A stretch of 64,000 nt of DNA from Opitutia bacterium (lineage in GTDB: Bacteria > Verrucomicrobiota > Verrucomicrobiia > Opitutales > Opitutaceae), in assembly GCA_947478395.1 (NCBI GenBank), contig CANJVR010000003.1, forward strand, positions 416,001-480,000, written 5' to 3'. The notes beneath the pieces are model-generated. The model was not told the origin of the DNA. It saw only the letters and a list, made by a program, of their open reading frames with translations, and searched no databases. Made by a program: the position numbers and the translations under genes. Of this stretch, positions 36,435 to 46,540 are shown one piece after another; positions within the stretch are counted from its first letter, which is position 1; each line of letters opens with the position of its first letter.

Positions 36435-37643
36435 ATGCGCCTGACCGCCCGCCTCGTTTCCATTCTGGTTGTCCTGTCCCTAGCGCCGCTTTTTGCGGAA
36501 ACCGCGGCCCAACCCGCGGAACCCTCCCGGGCTACGCTCGAAACCCAATTGGCCGCCGCCAAGAGCGATCTGGCCACCGCTGAAGCTAAGCTCGCGACCA
36601 CCGCGACGCAGACCGCCCGCCTCACCGCACTTGAAGCGGAGAGTGCTCGTGCGACGAAGCAGGTGGCCACGCTGCAGACGAAGCTCGATGAGGCGACGGC
36701 CGATCGCGTCCTCCTCAAACAAAAACTGGCCGACGGCGCCCGCGCGCCCGCGCCGAAACCCGACGAATCAGCCCCTCAAATCGCCGCGCTGCAGGCGCAG
36801 GTGGCCTCACTCACCGCCGCGAAATCTGCGGCGGAACAAAAACTCGCCGCTTCGGAAGCCCGGGTTTCAGCATCCCCGGCCGTTCCAGCCGCTTCAGCCG
36901 ACCGGGAAGAACTCAGCGCGGCCAACGCGAAACTCGAAAGCGTGCTGCATTCGTTTATGTTGGCGCAAAGCGAAAACGCCGGACTCAAGGCCGCGGTCGA
37001 AGTCGCGAAAAACGAGAGCAACTCTCTTCGTCAGCAATTGGCCGATGCCCAAAGCAAGACCACGGCGCCCTCGGCTGCGTCCGCGGAAGATCCGGTCGCG
37101 CTCAAGCGTGAGTTGAATGACACGGCGACAAAACTAAGTGTGGCCCTGCGTTCTTATGTGGTGATTGCCTCGGAGAACGACCGGCTGAAAGCCGACGCCG
37201 CGGCGCGCACGAATTCCTCCGCGCAGGCTGTGGCCGCGGTCGAGACGAAGGCCGCCGCCGCCGCGACCACGCAATCGACGCAACTGGCCGAACTGCGCGA
37301 CCAGCTTCGCCAGGTCCAGGCGCAGTCCGCCGCGTACGCCGAGGATAATTTCCAGCTCCGCACCCGCCTGGCGTCCGCTGGCGGTGGGGCCGCGCCCAGC
37401 CGCGCGCCGGATCGCGTGATGCCCACGGCCGTGCCGACGAGCGCGCCAGTTCCGTCAGCGGCGGCGCCGGTGGTCGAAACCGTTCAGCGCACCCACACGA
37501 TCGCCGCCGGCGACACGTTGCAGGGTCTCGCCAAGAAATATTACGGCGACGCCGCCCGCTGGAACGAAATTCTCACCGCCAATAGTGATGTGCTCGGGGG
37601 CAAGCCCAACCTGGTGATCGGTCGTAAGCTGCGTATCCCGTGA
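36435..37643 (+). CDS. Secreted coiled-coil protein with C-terminal LysM domain
   Basis: Signal peptide, long Ala-rich coiled coil, HTIAAGDTLQGLAKKYYGD..RW.EI..AN.......L.IG..L.IP. Confidence 0.88.
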   Translation: MRLTARLVSILVVLSLAPLFAETAAQPAEPSRATLETQLAAAKSDLATAEAKLATTATQTARLTALEAESARATKQVATLQTKLDEATADRVLLKQKLADGARAPAPKPDESAPQIAALQAQVASLTAAKSAAEQKLAASEARVSASPAVPAASADREELSAANAKLESVLHSFMLAQSENAGLKAAVEVAKNESNSLRQQLADAQSKTTAPSAASAEDPVALKRELNDTATKLSVALRSYVVIASENDRLKADAAARTNSSAQAVAAVETKAAAAATTQSTQLAELRDQLRQVQAQSAAYAEDNFQLRTRLASAGGGAAPSRAPDRVMPTAVPTSAPVPSAAAPVVETVQRTHTIAAGDTLQGLAKKYYGDAARWNEILTANSDVLGGKPNLVIGRKLRIP

Positions 37644-37673
37644 TTTTCGTTCGCCGACTCCGGAAGGCGTCGA

Positions 37674-38606
37674 TCAAAACGCGCCCACGATCACGATGAG
37701 GCTGACGAGTGATAACACGGTGCTGAGCACAATTGCTCCTGCCGCGATCCGCTCCTCGCCTTTGAGTTCCACTGCCACGGTGTAGGAGATCACGGCCGTG
37801 GGAGTGGCCATGAAGATCATGAGGGCTTTCAACTCAATCCCGCGCAGTCCCCACGCGTGTCCCACCAACCAGCCCAGCGCCGGCGAAAGCATCGTTTTCA
37901 CAAACGCCGCGGCCAACGGCGCCCGCCAGTGGTCACCCAGCTTAACGGTTACCAGCGAACCGCCCACGCTCAGCAAACCCAGCGGAAGGGCCATCTCGCC
38001 CAGCGCGGCAAAGGTCCGGTCTATGGCCAGCGGCAGATGCCAATCCATCAGGGCGCAGGTGATGCCTGCGACCGTCGCGACCAGCGGCGGGGTGGTGACG
38101 AGCTGTTTCAAGAACGGCTTGATCATGCGCCAGCCGAACGCGTGTTGGCTCACGAGGAGCACCGCGATTCCCGCCGTGTTGTAGAAAACCATCATCGGCG
38201 CCACGACGACGATGGCCGCGGCGCGCAGCGAGATGCCGCCGGCGAGCATTTCCTCCGGCATGGCGTAGATAATCGGCAGGCCGACGTAGGCGAGATTCCC
38301 GCGAAATGCACCCTGCACCAAGGTCCCCGCCGCGGACGCCGGCACTTTCAAGCTGCGCGCCACCAGGTAGCCCACGGCAATCACCGCGAATGTCGCTACC
38401 AGCATCGAAAGCAGCATCACGCGGGCGGCGCCTCCGGTGTGAAACGAGCCCGCGAGCTGCGAAAATAAAAGCGCCGGTAGACCGAGCCAGTACGTCACCC
38501 GGTTTGCCTCCTTCAAAAAATCCGCCGTAACGAATCGGGAGGATTGCAGGACCACCCCGATGGCGATCAGCAAAAAAACCGGCGCGAGGGTATTCAAAAT
38601 AAGCAC
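37674..38606 (-). CDS. AEC (auxin efflux carrier) family transporter
   Basis: LAPVFLLIAIG, GLPALLF, FRGNLAYVGLP, PLGLLSVG, PTA. Confidence 0.88.
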   Translation of the reverse strand: MLILNTLAPVFLLIAIGVVLQSSRFVTADFLKEANRVTYWLGLPALLFSQLAGSFHTGGAARVMLLSMLVATFAVIAVGYLVARSLKVPASAAGTLVQGAFRGNLAYVGLPIIYAMPEEMLAGGISLRAAAIVVVAPMMVFYNTAGIAVLLVSQHAFGWRMIKPFLKQLVTTPPLVATVAGITCALMDWHLPLAIDRTFAALGEMALPLGLLSVGGSLVTVKLGDHWRAPLAAAFVKTMLSPALGWLVGHAWGLRGIELKALMIFMATPTAVISYTVAVELKGEERIAAGAIVLSTVLSLVSLIVIVGAF

Positions 38607-38730
38607 CGCGCTAAAATCGCCTGCCGCGCCCCGCCCGCGCAAATTTATTTCCTCAAAGCCGTTCGCTCAACTGGCGCCCGGCAACACGTCCCACTTGCTC
38701 CGTCCTTCGCATTACTCTCTGCTCGTCCCG

Positions 38731-39609
38731 ATGTTTCCCTCTTCTACCTCCATCGCTTTCATCGGTACCGGTGTCATGGGCCGCAGTATGGCCGGTCACC
38801 TCCTGCGCGCGGGACACGCGCTGCACGTCTACAACCGCACGAAGGAAAAAGCCGCGGATCTTCTCGCGGCGGGTGCTCAATGGCATGACTCGGCGGGCCG
38901 CGCGGCGGCGGCCGCCGATGTGGTCATCACCATCGTCGGTTACCCGGCCGACGTCGAAGCCACGTACCTTTCCGATCACGGCGTCGTCGCGCAGGCTCGA
39001 CCGGGCAGCGTGTTGATCGACATGACCACCTCAAGCCCCTCGCTCGCTCGCCGCATCGCCGCCGCGGCCAGTGCGCGCGGTAGCGCAGCGTTGGATGCGC
39101 CGGTATCGGGCGGCGATATCGGCGCGAAAGAGGCTCGTCTCGTGATCATGGTCGGTGGTGATGAAGCGGCGTTTGCCCGCGTGCAGCCGCTGTTCGCCCT
39201 GATGGGGAAAAATATTATTCGCCACGGTGCTGCTGGCGCCGGTCAGCACTGCAAACTGGCTAATCAAGTCGCCATCGCCTCCGGCATGATGGCGTGGGTC
39301 GAGGCGTTGACTTACGCGCGCGCGGCGGGACTCGATCCGGCTCGCGTCCTCGAAAGCATCGGGGGCGGTGCGGCCAGCAGTTGGGCGATGGTCAACCTCG
39401 GGCCGCGTGCCCTCCGCGGGGATTTCGCACCAGGCTTTTATGTGAAACATTTTCTCAAGGACATGCGCCTCGCGCTTGAGTCCGCGGCCGAACTCAAGCT
39501 GGACCTGCCCGGTCTCGCCGCGGCGAAAAAACTCTATGACCGCGTTGCCGCCCAAGGCTGGGAAGATCTCGGCACCCAGGCGCTTTATCGGCTCTACACC
39601 GAGTCTTGA
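38731..39609 (+). CDS. NAD(P)-dependent beta-hydroxyacid dehydrogenase (3-hydroxyisobutyrate/tartronate semialdehyde reductase family)
   Basis: FIGTGVMG, YNRT, IDMTTS.P, DAPVSGGD.GA, GAGQHCKLANQ, PGFYVKHFLKD. Confidence 0.92.
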   Translation: MFPSSTSIAFIGTGVMGRSMAGHLLRAGHALHVYNRTKEKAADLLAAGAQWHDSAGRAAAAADVVITIVGYPADVEATYLSDHGVVAQARPGSVLIDMTTSSPSLARRIAAAASARGSAALDAPVSGGDIGAKEARLVIMVGGDEAAFARVQPLFALMGKNIIRHGAAGAGQHCKLANQVAIASGMMAWVEALTYARAAGLDPARVLESIGGGAASSWAMVNLGPRALRGDFAPGFYVKHFLKDMRLALESAAELKLDLPGLAAAKKLYDRVAAQGWEDLGTQALYRLYTES

Positions 39610-39671
39610 TGGGGCCGCCCGCCGCGTCGCCCAAGCGCCCGTCCCATGGGGCCTATCCGTCCGATCGAATC

Positions 39672-41192
39672 TCAGCCCAGCGCCTCGGCCAGAGTAGCAA
39701 TAATATCGTCCGGATCTTCGCAGCCCACGCAGAGCCGCAGCAGATCGGGATCGAGTTTGCTCGCGGCGAGCTCGGCGAGGCCGGCGGGCGTCGTGACGAG
39801 ATCGTAGTGCGCGAGGTACATGAAGGGACAGATCAACGTGGTCTTCATGCCGAAGCTCGGGCCTTTCGGCAGCCGCAGCCGATCGTAGAAATTTTCCAGC
39901 GCACCCAGTTTTTTGAGCGTGAACGTGATCATGCCGCCCGTGGCGTCGGGCCGATGGGCGATCCGGCTAAAATTTTTCTCGGAGCGGGCGTGGCGCGCCC
40001 AGAACACGTCTTTCACCGCCGGGTGACTTTCTAAAAATGAGACAACTTTGGCCGTACTGGCGTTGATCGTTTTCAGGACTTCGTCCACCTGTCCAATCTC
40101 GGCGGCAAGGCGCGAAAGGTCGCGCGAGTAAACCGGTTCGAGGGTGGCGGCAATCAGGCGTCGTAGCTCGACGGCATCGGGCCCGGCGGGATTGACCGCG
40201 ACAAAACCGGCCATGACGTCGCCCTCGCTGGCGGCGTATTTCGTGAGACTCGAAGTGATGACGTCGGCATACGAAAGTACATCGAGATTGAACACCGACG
40301 CGGTCGTGGGATCGAGGATCAGGTGCACGCCATGGCTCCGGCAGAGATCGGAGAGCGCGCGGAGGTCGGGAGTTTGAAAGAGCGGGTTCGTCGGAACCTC
40401 GGTGACAAGCCCGGCGATGCGGTGGCCGTGGCGGGCGAAAATACGCTCGAGCGCCTCGAGGTCGAACACGTCGCGCGCGTAGACGTAGTCCGCCGGCGTC
40501 GCGGTGAATTTTTTCAGGATTTCGATCGTATCGAGGTAAAGCCAGCCGAGTTGAACCCACACGGTGCGACCGCGCGGGGCTTGCACCTGGCTCACGGCGC
40601 TAAAGGCCGCCTTTACGGCGTTCATGCCGGAGTTCGCGATCAGGAGGTCCGCCTCGCTCGTGGCGGGCAACGCGCGGTGGAGATGCCGGCGGATTTCTGC
40701 CGCGGCATCGCCGGCGAAATTTTCCTCGGGGTGAAGCGTGGCGATCAGGCCGGCGCGAAGCAGATGATCTTCGGCTTCGCGCGACGAAATGAAGCCGCCG
40801 ATATTTTGGAGGAAAACTTTGGCGCGAGCACCCGTGGCCGCGTCGGCGGCAAGATGAGTTACCCCATGCAACGCGTCGCGGATGAAGATCTCGGCCGAGC
40901 CCGACTTTTTAACGTTGAGGTGGGTAGCGAGCTGCTCCGCCATGGGCGCGGAGGTGACCAGCCACAGGGTGCGATCGGCGAGCGCTGGCTCCGTGGCGAC
41001 GGTGTGCGCCGCAAGTTGCCGGGCGAACGGATGAACGACAAAGCGCGGATAACCCGACGTGAGATGGCGCGTGACGGCCGGATCTTTTTCCTCGTAGCCA
41101 CGGACATCGCGCATCGTGGGCAGGCTGCAAGATACGGCGTGCGGGGACGCGGGAATCGTTTGGCCGAGGGGAAGGTGGGCGAAGGCAGACAT
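39672..41192 (-). CDS. PLP-dependent transsulfuration enzyme, cystathionine gamma-synthase (fungal Str2-like)
   Basis: HAVSCSLPT..DV.GYEE, GYPRF..HP, SGMNA, EVPTNP, SSLTKY (PLP Lys), KGPSFG...TL.CP...LAHY, RLCVG.ED. Confidence 0.85.
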   Translation of the reverse strand: MSAFAHLPLGQTIPASPHAVSCSLPTMRDVRGYEEKDPAVTRHLTSGYPRFVVHPFARQLAAHTVATEPALADRTLWLVTSAPMAEQLATHLNVKKSGSAEIFIRDALHGVTHLAADAATGARAKVFLQNIGGFISSREAEDHLLRAGLIATLHPEENFAGDAAAEIRRHLHRALPATSEADLLIANSGMNAVKAAFSAVSQVQAPRGRTVWVQLGWLYLDTIEILKKFTATPADYVYARDVFDLEALERIFARHGHRIAGLVTEVPTNPLFQTPDLRALSDLCRSHGVHLILDPTTASVFNLDVLSYADVITSSLTKYAASEGDVMAGFVAVNPAGPDAVELRRLIAATLEPVYSRDLSRLAAEIGQVDEVLKTINASTAKVVSFLESHPAVKDVFWARHARSEKNFSRIAHRPDATGGMITFTLKKLGALENFYDRLRLPKGPSFGMKTTLICPFMYLAHYDLVTTPAGLAELAASKLDPDLLRLCVGCEDPDDIIATLAEALG

Positions 41193-41640
41193 GGGCACGG
41201 GCGGGGGCGCAACTTCGCCGTTTCAATCCCGCTTGGCAATCGGAACGTGGGCGATCTTGGGGCGTGAGCCCGACCGCCGCGCGCTACGCCGGATGGATGG
41301 CATTCTTTTGGTGGGCGAGTTGGGTAAGTTGGTCGCGTGGTGTGACGCGATAGTTGGCCGACGAAACGGAGACCGGCGCGGGGCCTTTCAAGTCGGCGGT
41401 GGACTGGCGACGCCGACAGCCCTCAGGACGGAGGTGACGGCGATAAGCGGCCACGGAATGAATTTCACGTTGGGTGAGACGTTGATCTCGGGTTCGGCTG
41501 AGGGGAAGCGCGGCGGGCCGGAATTTTGGGCCCCGCAATGTTGGGTGCCTGGGCGGCGGGTGCGCAGGGCGGTTGGCCGGAGAACGCGCGGCGGTGCGAA
41601 TCCGTTTGCGACGGCGCGGAGGGTGGCGTTGAAACGCGCG

Positions 41641-42402
41641 ATGAAACTTGTGTCGTGGAATGTGAACGGCGTGCGCGCGGTGTTGAAGAAGGGCTTTCTG
41701 GATTACATGGCGAAGGTGGATGCGGACGTGATTTGCCTGCAGGAAACGAAGGCGCACCCGGGCGACGTGCAGCACGTGGCTTGGACAACCGGCTACACGC
41801 CGCACTGGTATTCCGCCGTAAAGAAAGGCTACTCCGGCACGGTGATTTTCACCCGCGTGCCGCCGAAAAATGTGACATGCGGGATCGGTATGGCGGGACA
41901 CGACGACGAAGGCCGCGTGATCACGGCGGAGTTCGAAGCCTTTTATCTGGTGAACGTTTACCAGCCCAACTCGCAGCGTGGTCTCACGCGATTGGAGTAT
42001 CGCGCTAAGGAATGGGATCCGGCGTTCCTCGCGTTTTTAAAAAGGCTGGAAAAAAAGAAGCCGGTGATTTTTTGCGGCGATCTCAACGTCGCGCACACCG
42101 AGATCGACCTCACGAATCCGAAGACTAACCGGCGCAACGCCGGATTCACGGAGGAGGAGCGGGAGAATTTCTCCAAGGTGCTGGCCGCCGGTTTCGTCGA
42201 CACGTTTCGCGAATTTGAAAAAGGACCGGGCCATTATTCATGGTGGAGCCAGATGATGAATTGTCGCGCGAGGAACATCGGCTGGCGCGTCGATTATTTC
42301 GTGGCCTCGGAGCAGCTGCGCTCGAAATTGAAACGCGCGTGGATCTCGCCGGAGGTGATGGGCAGCGACCATTGTCCGGTGGGATTGGAGATCGCGGGGT
42401 GA
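41641..42402 (+). CDS. xth: Exodeoxyribonuclease III (AP endonuclease)
   Basis: SWNVNGVRA, LQETK, KKGYSG, EGRVIT.E, GDLNVAH, GFVDTFR, GWRVDYF, SDHCP. Confidence 0.96.
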   Translation: MKLVSWNVNGVRAVLKKGFLDYMAKVDADVICLQETKAHPGDVQHVAWTTGYTPHWYSAVKKGYSGTVIFTRVPPKNVTCGIGMAGHDDEGRVITAEFEAFYLVNVYQPNSQRGLTRLEYRAKEWDPAFLAFLKRLEKKKPVIFCGDLNVAHTEIDLTNPKTNRRNAGFTEEERENFSKVLAAGFVDTFREFEKGPGHYSWWSQMMNCRARNIGWRVDYFVASEQLRSKLKRAWISPEVMGSDHCPVGLEIAG

Positions 42403-42407
42403 GCCTG

Positions 42408-42899
42408 ATGAGCGCGCCCCTGAAAGTCCTGTTGCTCCGTGCGCCGAAGCTCACGCTGGCGGTGGCGGAGAGTTTGACGGCGGGCCACGTGCAGGCGCGG
42501 GTGGCGAGCGGGTCGGGTGCCTCCGAATTTTTCCTCGGCGGAGTGACGGCGTATTCGATCGAGCAGAAAGTGAAACTGCTGGGCGTGGATCGTGCGGAAG
42601 CGGCGCGGGTGAATTGCGTCTCGGCGGCCGTAGCGGAGCAGATGGCGCGCGGGGTCTGTGCGCTTTTCGGCGCGGATGTCGGCCTTGCTACGACCGGCTA
42701 TGCGGAGCCCAATCCGGCGGAGGGCGTCGCGACGCCGATGGCCTGGTGGGCCGTGGCGCACCGCTTGGACTCAGGATTATTTGCGGTGCGGACGGGACGG
42801 GTGGAGTTCCCGGCCGCCGCCCGAGTCGAAGCGCAACAACGCGTGGCTGACGAGGCAGTGGCCGCGCTGGTGGAGTATTTGCGAGCGCTGCGCGGCTGA
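42408..42899 (+). CDS. pncC: CinA C-terminal domain protein / NMN deamidase
   Basis: LAVAESLTAG, SGASEFFLGGV.AYS...K..LLGV, VS..VA..MA.G, ATTGYA. Confidence 0.82.
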   Translation: MSAPLKVLLLRAPKLTLAVAESLTAGHVQARVASGSGASEFFLGGVTAYSIEQKVKLLGVDRAEAARVNCVSAAVAEQMARGVCALFGADVGLATTGYAEPNPAEGVATPMAWWAVAHRLDSGLFAVRTGRVEFPAAARVEAQQRVADEAVAALVEYLRALRG

Positions 42900-42937
42900 A
42901 TCGGGCGGACCACGCGCGGAACGACTGGCGCGGGTAG

Positions 42938-43348
42938 TTACGTCAGCGAATTCTGAAAAAACTCGACCACTTCGCCGCTCGGGCCTTCGCAGAAAAAGAT
43001 GCGGATCGGCACCGGTGCGTGGGCGTTGGTCGTCGCGATAGTCGCGTCCTTTGGCTCCATCGTGATTTTCGCTCCGGTCGCGCGGACCCGGGCGGCGACC
43101 TCGTCGAGCTGGTGGGTGCGGAGGGCGAAGTGGATCACCGCGCCGTTGGGAGCCGGCGTGTAGGTGAGGTCCTCGAAAACCTCGAGATAGTTGCCGTCAC
43201 CCGCATCGAGCATGACTGCGCGCTGGGGCGCGGCGCGCCAGGCGATTTTTTCGGTGAAGCCCAAGGTATCGCAATAAAAGGCGCGGGTGCGCTCCCAGTC
43301 GCGGGTTTTAATGCAGACGTGATGAAAACCGGAGATCAGCGCGCTCAT
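42938..43348 (-). CDS. VOC/glyoxalase family protein
   Basis: FHHVCIK..D......FY...LGF, LEVF, HFAL, FF.EGPSGE.VEF. Confidence 0.88.
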   Translation of the reverse strand: MSALISGFHHVCIKTRDWERTRAFYCDTLGFTEKIAWRAAPQRAVMLDAGDGNYLEVFEDLTYTPAPNGAVIHFALRTHQLDEVAARVRATGAKITMEPKDATIATTNAHAPVPIRIFFCEGPSGEVVEFFQNSLT

Positions 43349-43487
43349 GGATGGAGGGGCTAGTTGAAGCCGGAAAGTTTCAGTTGGAAGTCTGAAGTCA
43401 CCGCGGCAGCCAGCTATCGGTGCGGGGCTCTTCTAACCGGTGCCTCAACGTAATCTTCGAACTTCAACTCGCGCGGAACGCCGCGCG

Positions 43488-44171
43488 TCAGGGCGCGATT
43501 TTCTGCACAAAATCGATCAAGGGCTGCACTTCCGCCACCGGCGCGACCCAATCGCTGTAGAGCAGCTCGGGCAAGGTGTACTGCGTGTGATAAAGCGCGA
43601 AGTTGGCCTCGTCGTTGCGCGAGATGTAGCCGGCCTTGATCGTGGCGCCGGCGAATACGCCCGCGGACCGCGTGTACACCAGCACGGGAGCGTCGATGAC
43701 TTTGTAGTCGGGGTTTACGGCCTCCGCCACCTTGGGCCCGATCACGGCCTTGGCATCGACGCCCAAACGGAAGCGTTGTTTAAAAAGGAGCCGAGGTGTG
43801 GTGTCGTCGGTGATGACGTAGATCGTTTCGACGGACGACGCACCAAATTGCAGGCCAAAGCTGGCTTCGCCGGCGGAGATCAACACGGGCAGGCTCCACT
43901 TACCGGACGGTTTTTTCACCATGATCACGCCATATCCGTCCTTCACGCCCAGGATAAGACCGGCCTTGAACTGGTTGACGATCACGAGGGCTTTGGCTTT
44001 GGCGAGGACGTTAGCGGGAACCGCGATGCGGGGATCGCGTTGAAATTCCTGCAGCACAGCTTCGCAGGACCCGACGTATTTCACGAGATCATCACGATTC
44101 AACGCCGCCGAGAGCTGGGCGGCGCTGGCGCTGAAAAACGCGACGAGAAGCGGAAGAAAAAGTTTTTTCAT
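43488..44171 (-). CDS. Secreted lipid-binding SYLF (Ysc84) domain protein
   Basis: Signal peptide, P..VL.KAKA..I....KAG.I.G...GYG, WS.P, SFGLQ.G, Y.RS.G.FAG, N...Y. Confidence 0.85.
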   Translation of the reverse strand: MKKLFLPLLVAFFSASAAQLSAALNRDDLVKYVGSCEAVLQEFQRDPRIAVPANVLAKAKALVIVNQFKAGLILGVKDGYGVIMVKKPSGKWSLPVLISAGEASFGLQFGASSVETIYVITDDTTPRLLFKQRFRLGVDAKAVIGPKVAEAVNPDYKVIDAPVLVYTRSAGVFAGATIKAGYISRNDEANFALYHTQYTLPELLYSDWVAPVAEVQPLIDFVQKIAP

Positions 44172-44332
44172 ACGGAGGAAAAAGGCTGAATGAAGTGGGA
44201 CGTAAGCATGCTGGATTAGAATTGGAAAGCGCGGAGTGAGGCACGGCTGCGGTGGTAAAATCGCAAGCGACCAGACTTCCAAACTGGCCAAAGGTGCCCC
44301 CGCGATGACCGCGGCGCGGCCGGGACGGGAAT

Positions 44333-44704
44333 CTAATCTAGCCCGCGCGCGGTCAGCTCGTCCTCGTCCCAGCCGAAATAGTGCCCGAGCTCGTGCAGGT
44401 AAGTCAGCCGGACCTCCTCCCGGAAAATGCCCAGATCCCCTTCGGCGTAGTCCCAGAGATTTTCGAGATAGAGGATGATGCGCGGTGGTGCGGGCTGATC
44501 GCTGGCGAACTCGGAGCCGTGGGGATCGCCGCTGAAAAGCCCGAGGATGTCGTCGGGAAATCCCTCGGCGAGGATATCATCCTCGGGCAATCCTTCGTAA
44601 TGCACCGGCACGGCGACGGCCAGCGGGCGCAATTCATCTGGAAGCGAACGTTGAGTCGCGCCGACGGTTTCGGCCGCAAGGACGGTGAGTCGGGCGAGAG
44701 TCAT
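44333..44704 (-). CDS. Zincin-like metallopeptidase (DUF1025)
   Basis: LGLF.G, P.RI.LY..N, EVR.TYLHELGHYFG.DED.L..RGL. Confidence 0.88.
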   Translation of the reverse strand: MTLARLTVLAAETVGATQRSLPDELRPLAVAVPVHYEGLPEDDILAEGFPDDILGLFSGDPHGSEFASDQPAPPRIILYLENLWDYAEGDLGIFREEVRLTYLHELGHYFGWDEDELTARGLD

Positions 44705-44720
44705 CGGCGTGCGGGCGGGG

Positions 44721-46517
44721 CTACGGACGCAGCTCGGTGGCAAGGTCGAGTTTCTCGAAGCGCTGCCCCAGCCACCACACGCCGCAAGCGATTTCCCCGG
44801 TGAGCAGCGCGAGCGTGAGCAGGGCCGCGAAAATCACGGCGACCGGTCCGCCGACGAGCCATTGCGTGGCGAAGATCAGGATAGCCGAGCCGATCACCGC
44901 CGGCAGGAGGGCGACCAGAATCGCGATTAATTGGCCGGCGACGAAGATGAGACGTTGCCCCATGACATCGATCCCGCCGCCGCGTTGGCGCGTCGCTTGG
45001 AACCACGCGGGGAACAGGAGGGCGGCGGCGTTGGGAATTATGAGTTGCAGGGCGCACAGAAAAGGCACCAGGAGGGCCACGCTAAAACCAGCGGACAGGC
45101 GCAAGGCGGGGGTTAACCAGGGGAGTTCAACCGCGGCGGGCTGAAGCGCGCAGAAGGCGGTGATCAACGCGAGCCACAGCAAGCCGGTGAGGATCGCGAC
45201 GGGGGTCAGTAGTTGGCCTAGGAGGATCTGCCAGCCGGCGAGCGGGTACGTTTTAAGGATGTCGGAGTTCGGGAGGTCGCTGCGCAGATCCTGTCGGGCG
45301 ATTTGGGGACCGAGCAGCAACGTGTACGCGGCAAAAATCGTGGCGCCGGCGGCGATGACCACGAGGAAGGGCCTGGTTTTGTCGTAATGGGCGAGCCGCG
45401 GTACGACGATCGTGATTAACGCCGCGCAACCGAGCCAAACCCTCCAGTGAAAGCAGGACCTGGTCGAAAGTAGGTTTTTCCAGAGGAAAGCGAGTTCCGG
45501 ACGACCGGTAGATCGTAACCGGAAAGGCTCGCGGCGCGGCTTGGGTTTCTCGGCGCTCAAGGATCCGCCGCGGCGGATGCGCGCAATCCGGTCGGCCCGC
45601 TTCTCGGCGCTCGCGACCGACGCTTCTTCGAACGACACCTCCATGCGTGAGACCCAGAAATAGTGAGCCAGAATGAGGAGCGCCGCCGGCCAAAGTGCGT
45701 GCAAAAACGTCGCGCGATCCGTGGCGAGAAACGGTCCGACCACCCACTTACCTGGGAGCAGCAGCCAGTGGAAGGCGCCGGAGTCGAGAAACTGTCCGAC
45801 GTAGGCAACTGCAACGGTGACGTCGGCGAAAGAGCCGCTGGGGCGCGGTCCGGACTCGAATATGGGCGGCATGCCGTTCCAGCTCGATAGGATGGCGGTC
45901 ACCGCGACCACTCCGATCACGCCCAGCACGGTGGCGCGCCGCCGGGCGGTGCTTACCCCGCCGTCGATCAGTCGGGTGACCGAAAGCGTGGCACCGGTGA
46001 TATGCAGATTTACAGTCGTGAGAATGATCCACCATCCGAGGGCATGAATGAGCGCGCCGCCGGCCAGAAAGCTCCAGCCGCTCGAAATCAGGGTAAACAA
46101 AATGGCCGAGACGAGAATCCGGAGCTGCGCGCCGAGCATTTTAAAATGAATCAGTCGCCGTCGTGAAATCGGGGCGGGAAAAAGAAAAGCGATTTCGGCT
46201 TCAGTGAACGCCAGCCCGGGTTTTTGAGTGGGAAGGGCCCACGTAAAGGTGGCGATTAGCAACAACAGCAGGGCGCCACCGGTGGTATACAACGGCAGAA
46301 GATCGAGGGTCGGAAGGGTCACGCCTGGCAGCCCGCGTGGCGCAGTGAGCCCGCGCCCCGGCGCAGGCGCGGAGAAACGCCGGAAGAAAGCCAGGTAGAA
46401 ATACCCTGCGCCTACGATTGCGCCCACGAGATACTTGGGCTGCCGCAAACGGCGGAGCCGTGAGAGCAGCAGATTCTTGAGCGACGTGAGCCGCAGGTAG
46501 AGCAGGGCACCGAGCAT
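44721..46517 (-). CDS. Putative ABC exporter permease
   Basis: Multi-TM protein; F.EAEI.FLFPAP..RR.LI, WKNL, DLR.DL...D.LK.YP; downstream of an ABC ATPase. Confidence 0.75.
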   Translation of the reverse strand: MLGALLYLRLTSLKNLLLSRLRRLRQPKYLVGAIVGAGYFYLAFFRRFSAPAPGRGLTAPRGLPGVTLPTLDLLPLYTTGGALLLLLIATFTWALPTQKPGLAFTEAEIAFLFPAPISRRRLIHFKMLGAQLRILVSAILFTLISSGWSFLAGGALIHALGWWIILTTVNLHITGATLSVTRLIDGGVSTARRRATVLGVIGVVAVTAILSSWNGMPPIFESGPRPSGSFADVTVAVAYVGQFLDSGAFHWLLLPGKWVVGPFLATDRATFLHALWPAALLILAHYFWVSRMEVSFEEASVASAEKRADRIARIRRGGSLSAEKPKPRREPFRLRSTGRPELAFLWKNLLSTRSCFHWRVWLGCAALITIVVPRLAHYDKTRPFLVVIAAGATIFAAYTLLLGPQIARQDLRSDLPNSDILKTYPLAGWQILLGQLLTPVAILTGLLWLALITAFCALQPAAVELPWLTPALRLSAGFSVALLVPFLCALQLIIPNAAALLFPAWFQATRQRGGGIDVMGQRLIFVAGQLIAILVALLPAVIGSAILIFATQWLVGGPVAVIFAALLTLALLTGEIACGVWWLGQRFEKLDLATELRP

Positions 46518-46540
46518 GGGGATCGCGTCTCGCTTCGCCT

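Noticed and set aside
41116..41640. N-terminal extension of Xth (and similar upstream extensions of yidC, rpmH, SSS, cyclophilin)
   Set aside because: Artefacts of longest-ORF calling; family-typical starts lie downstream.
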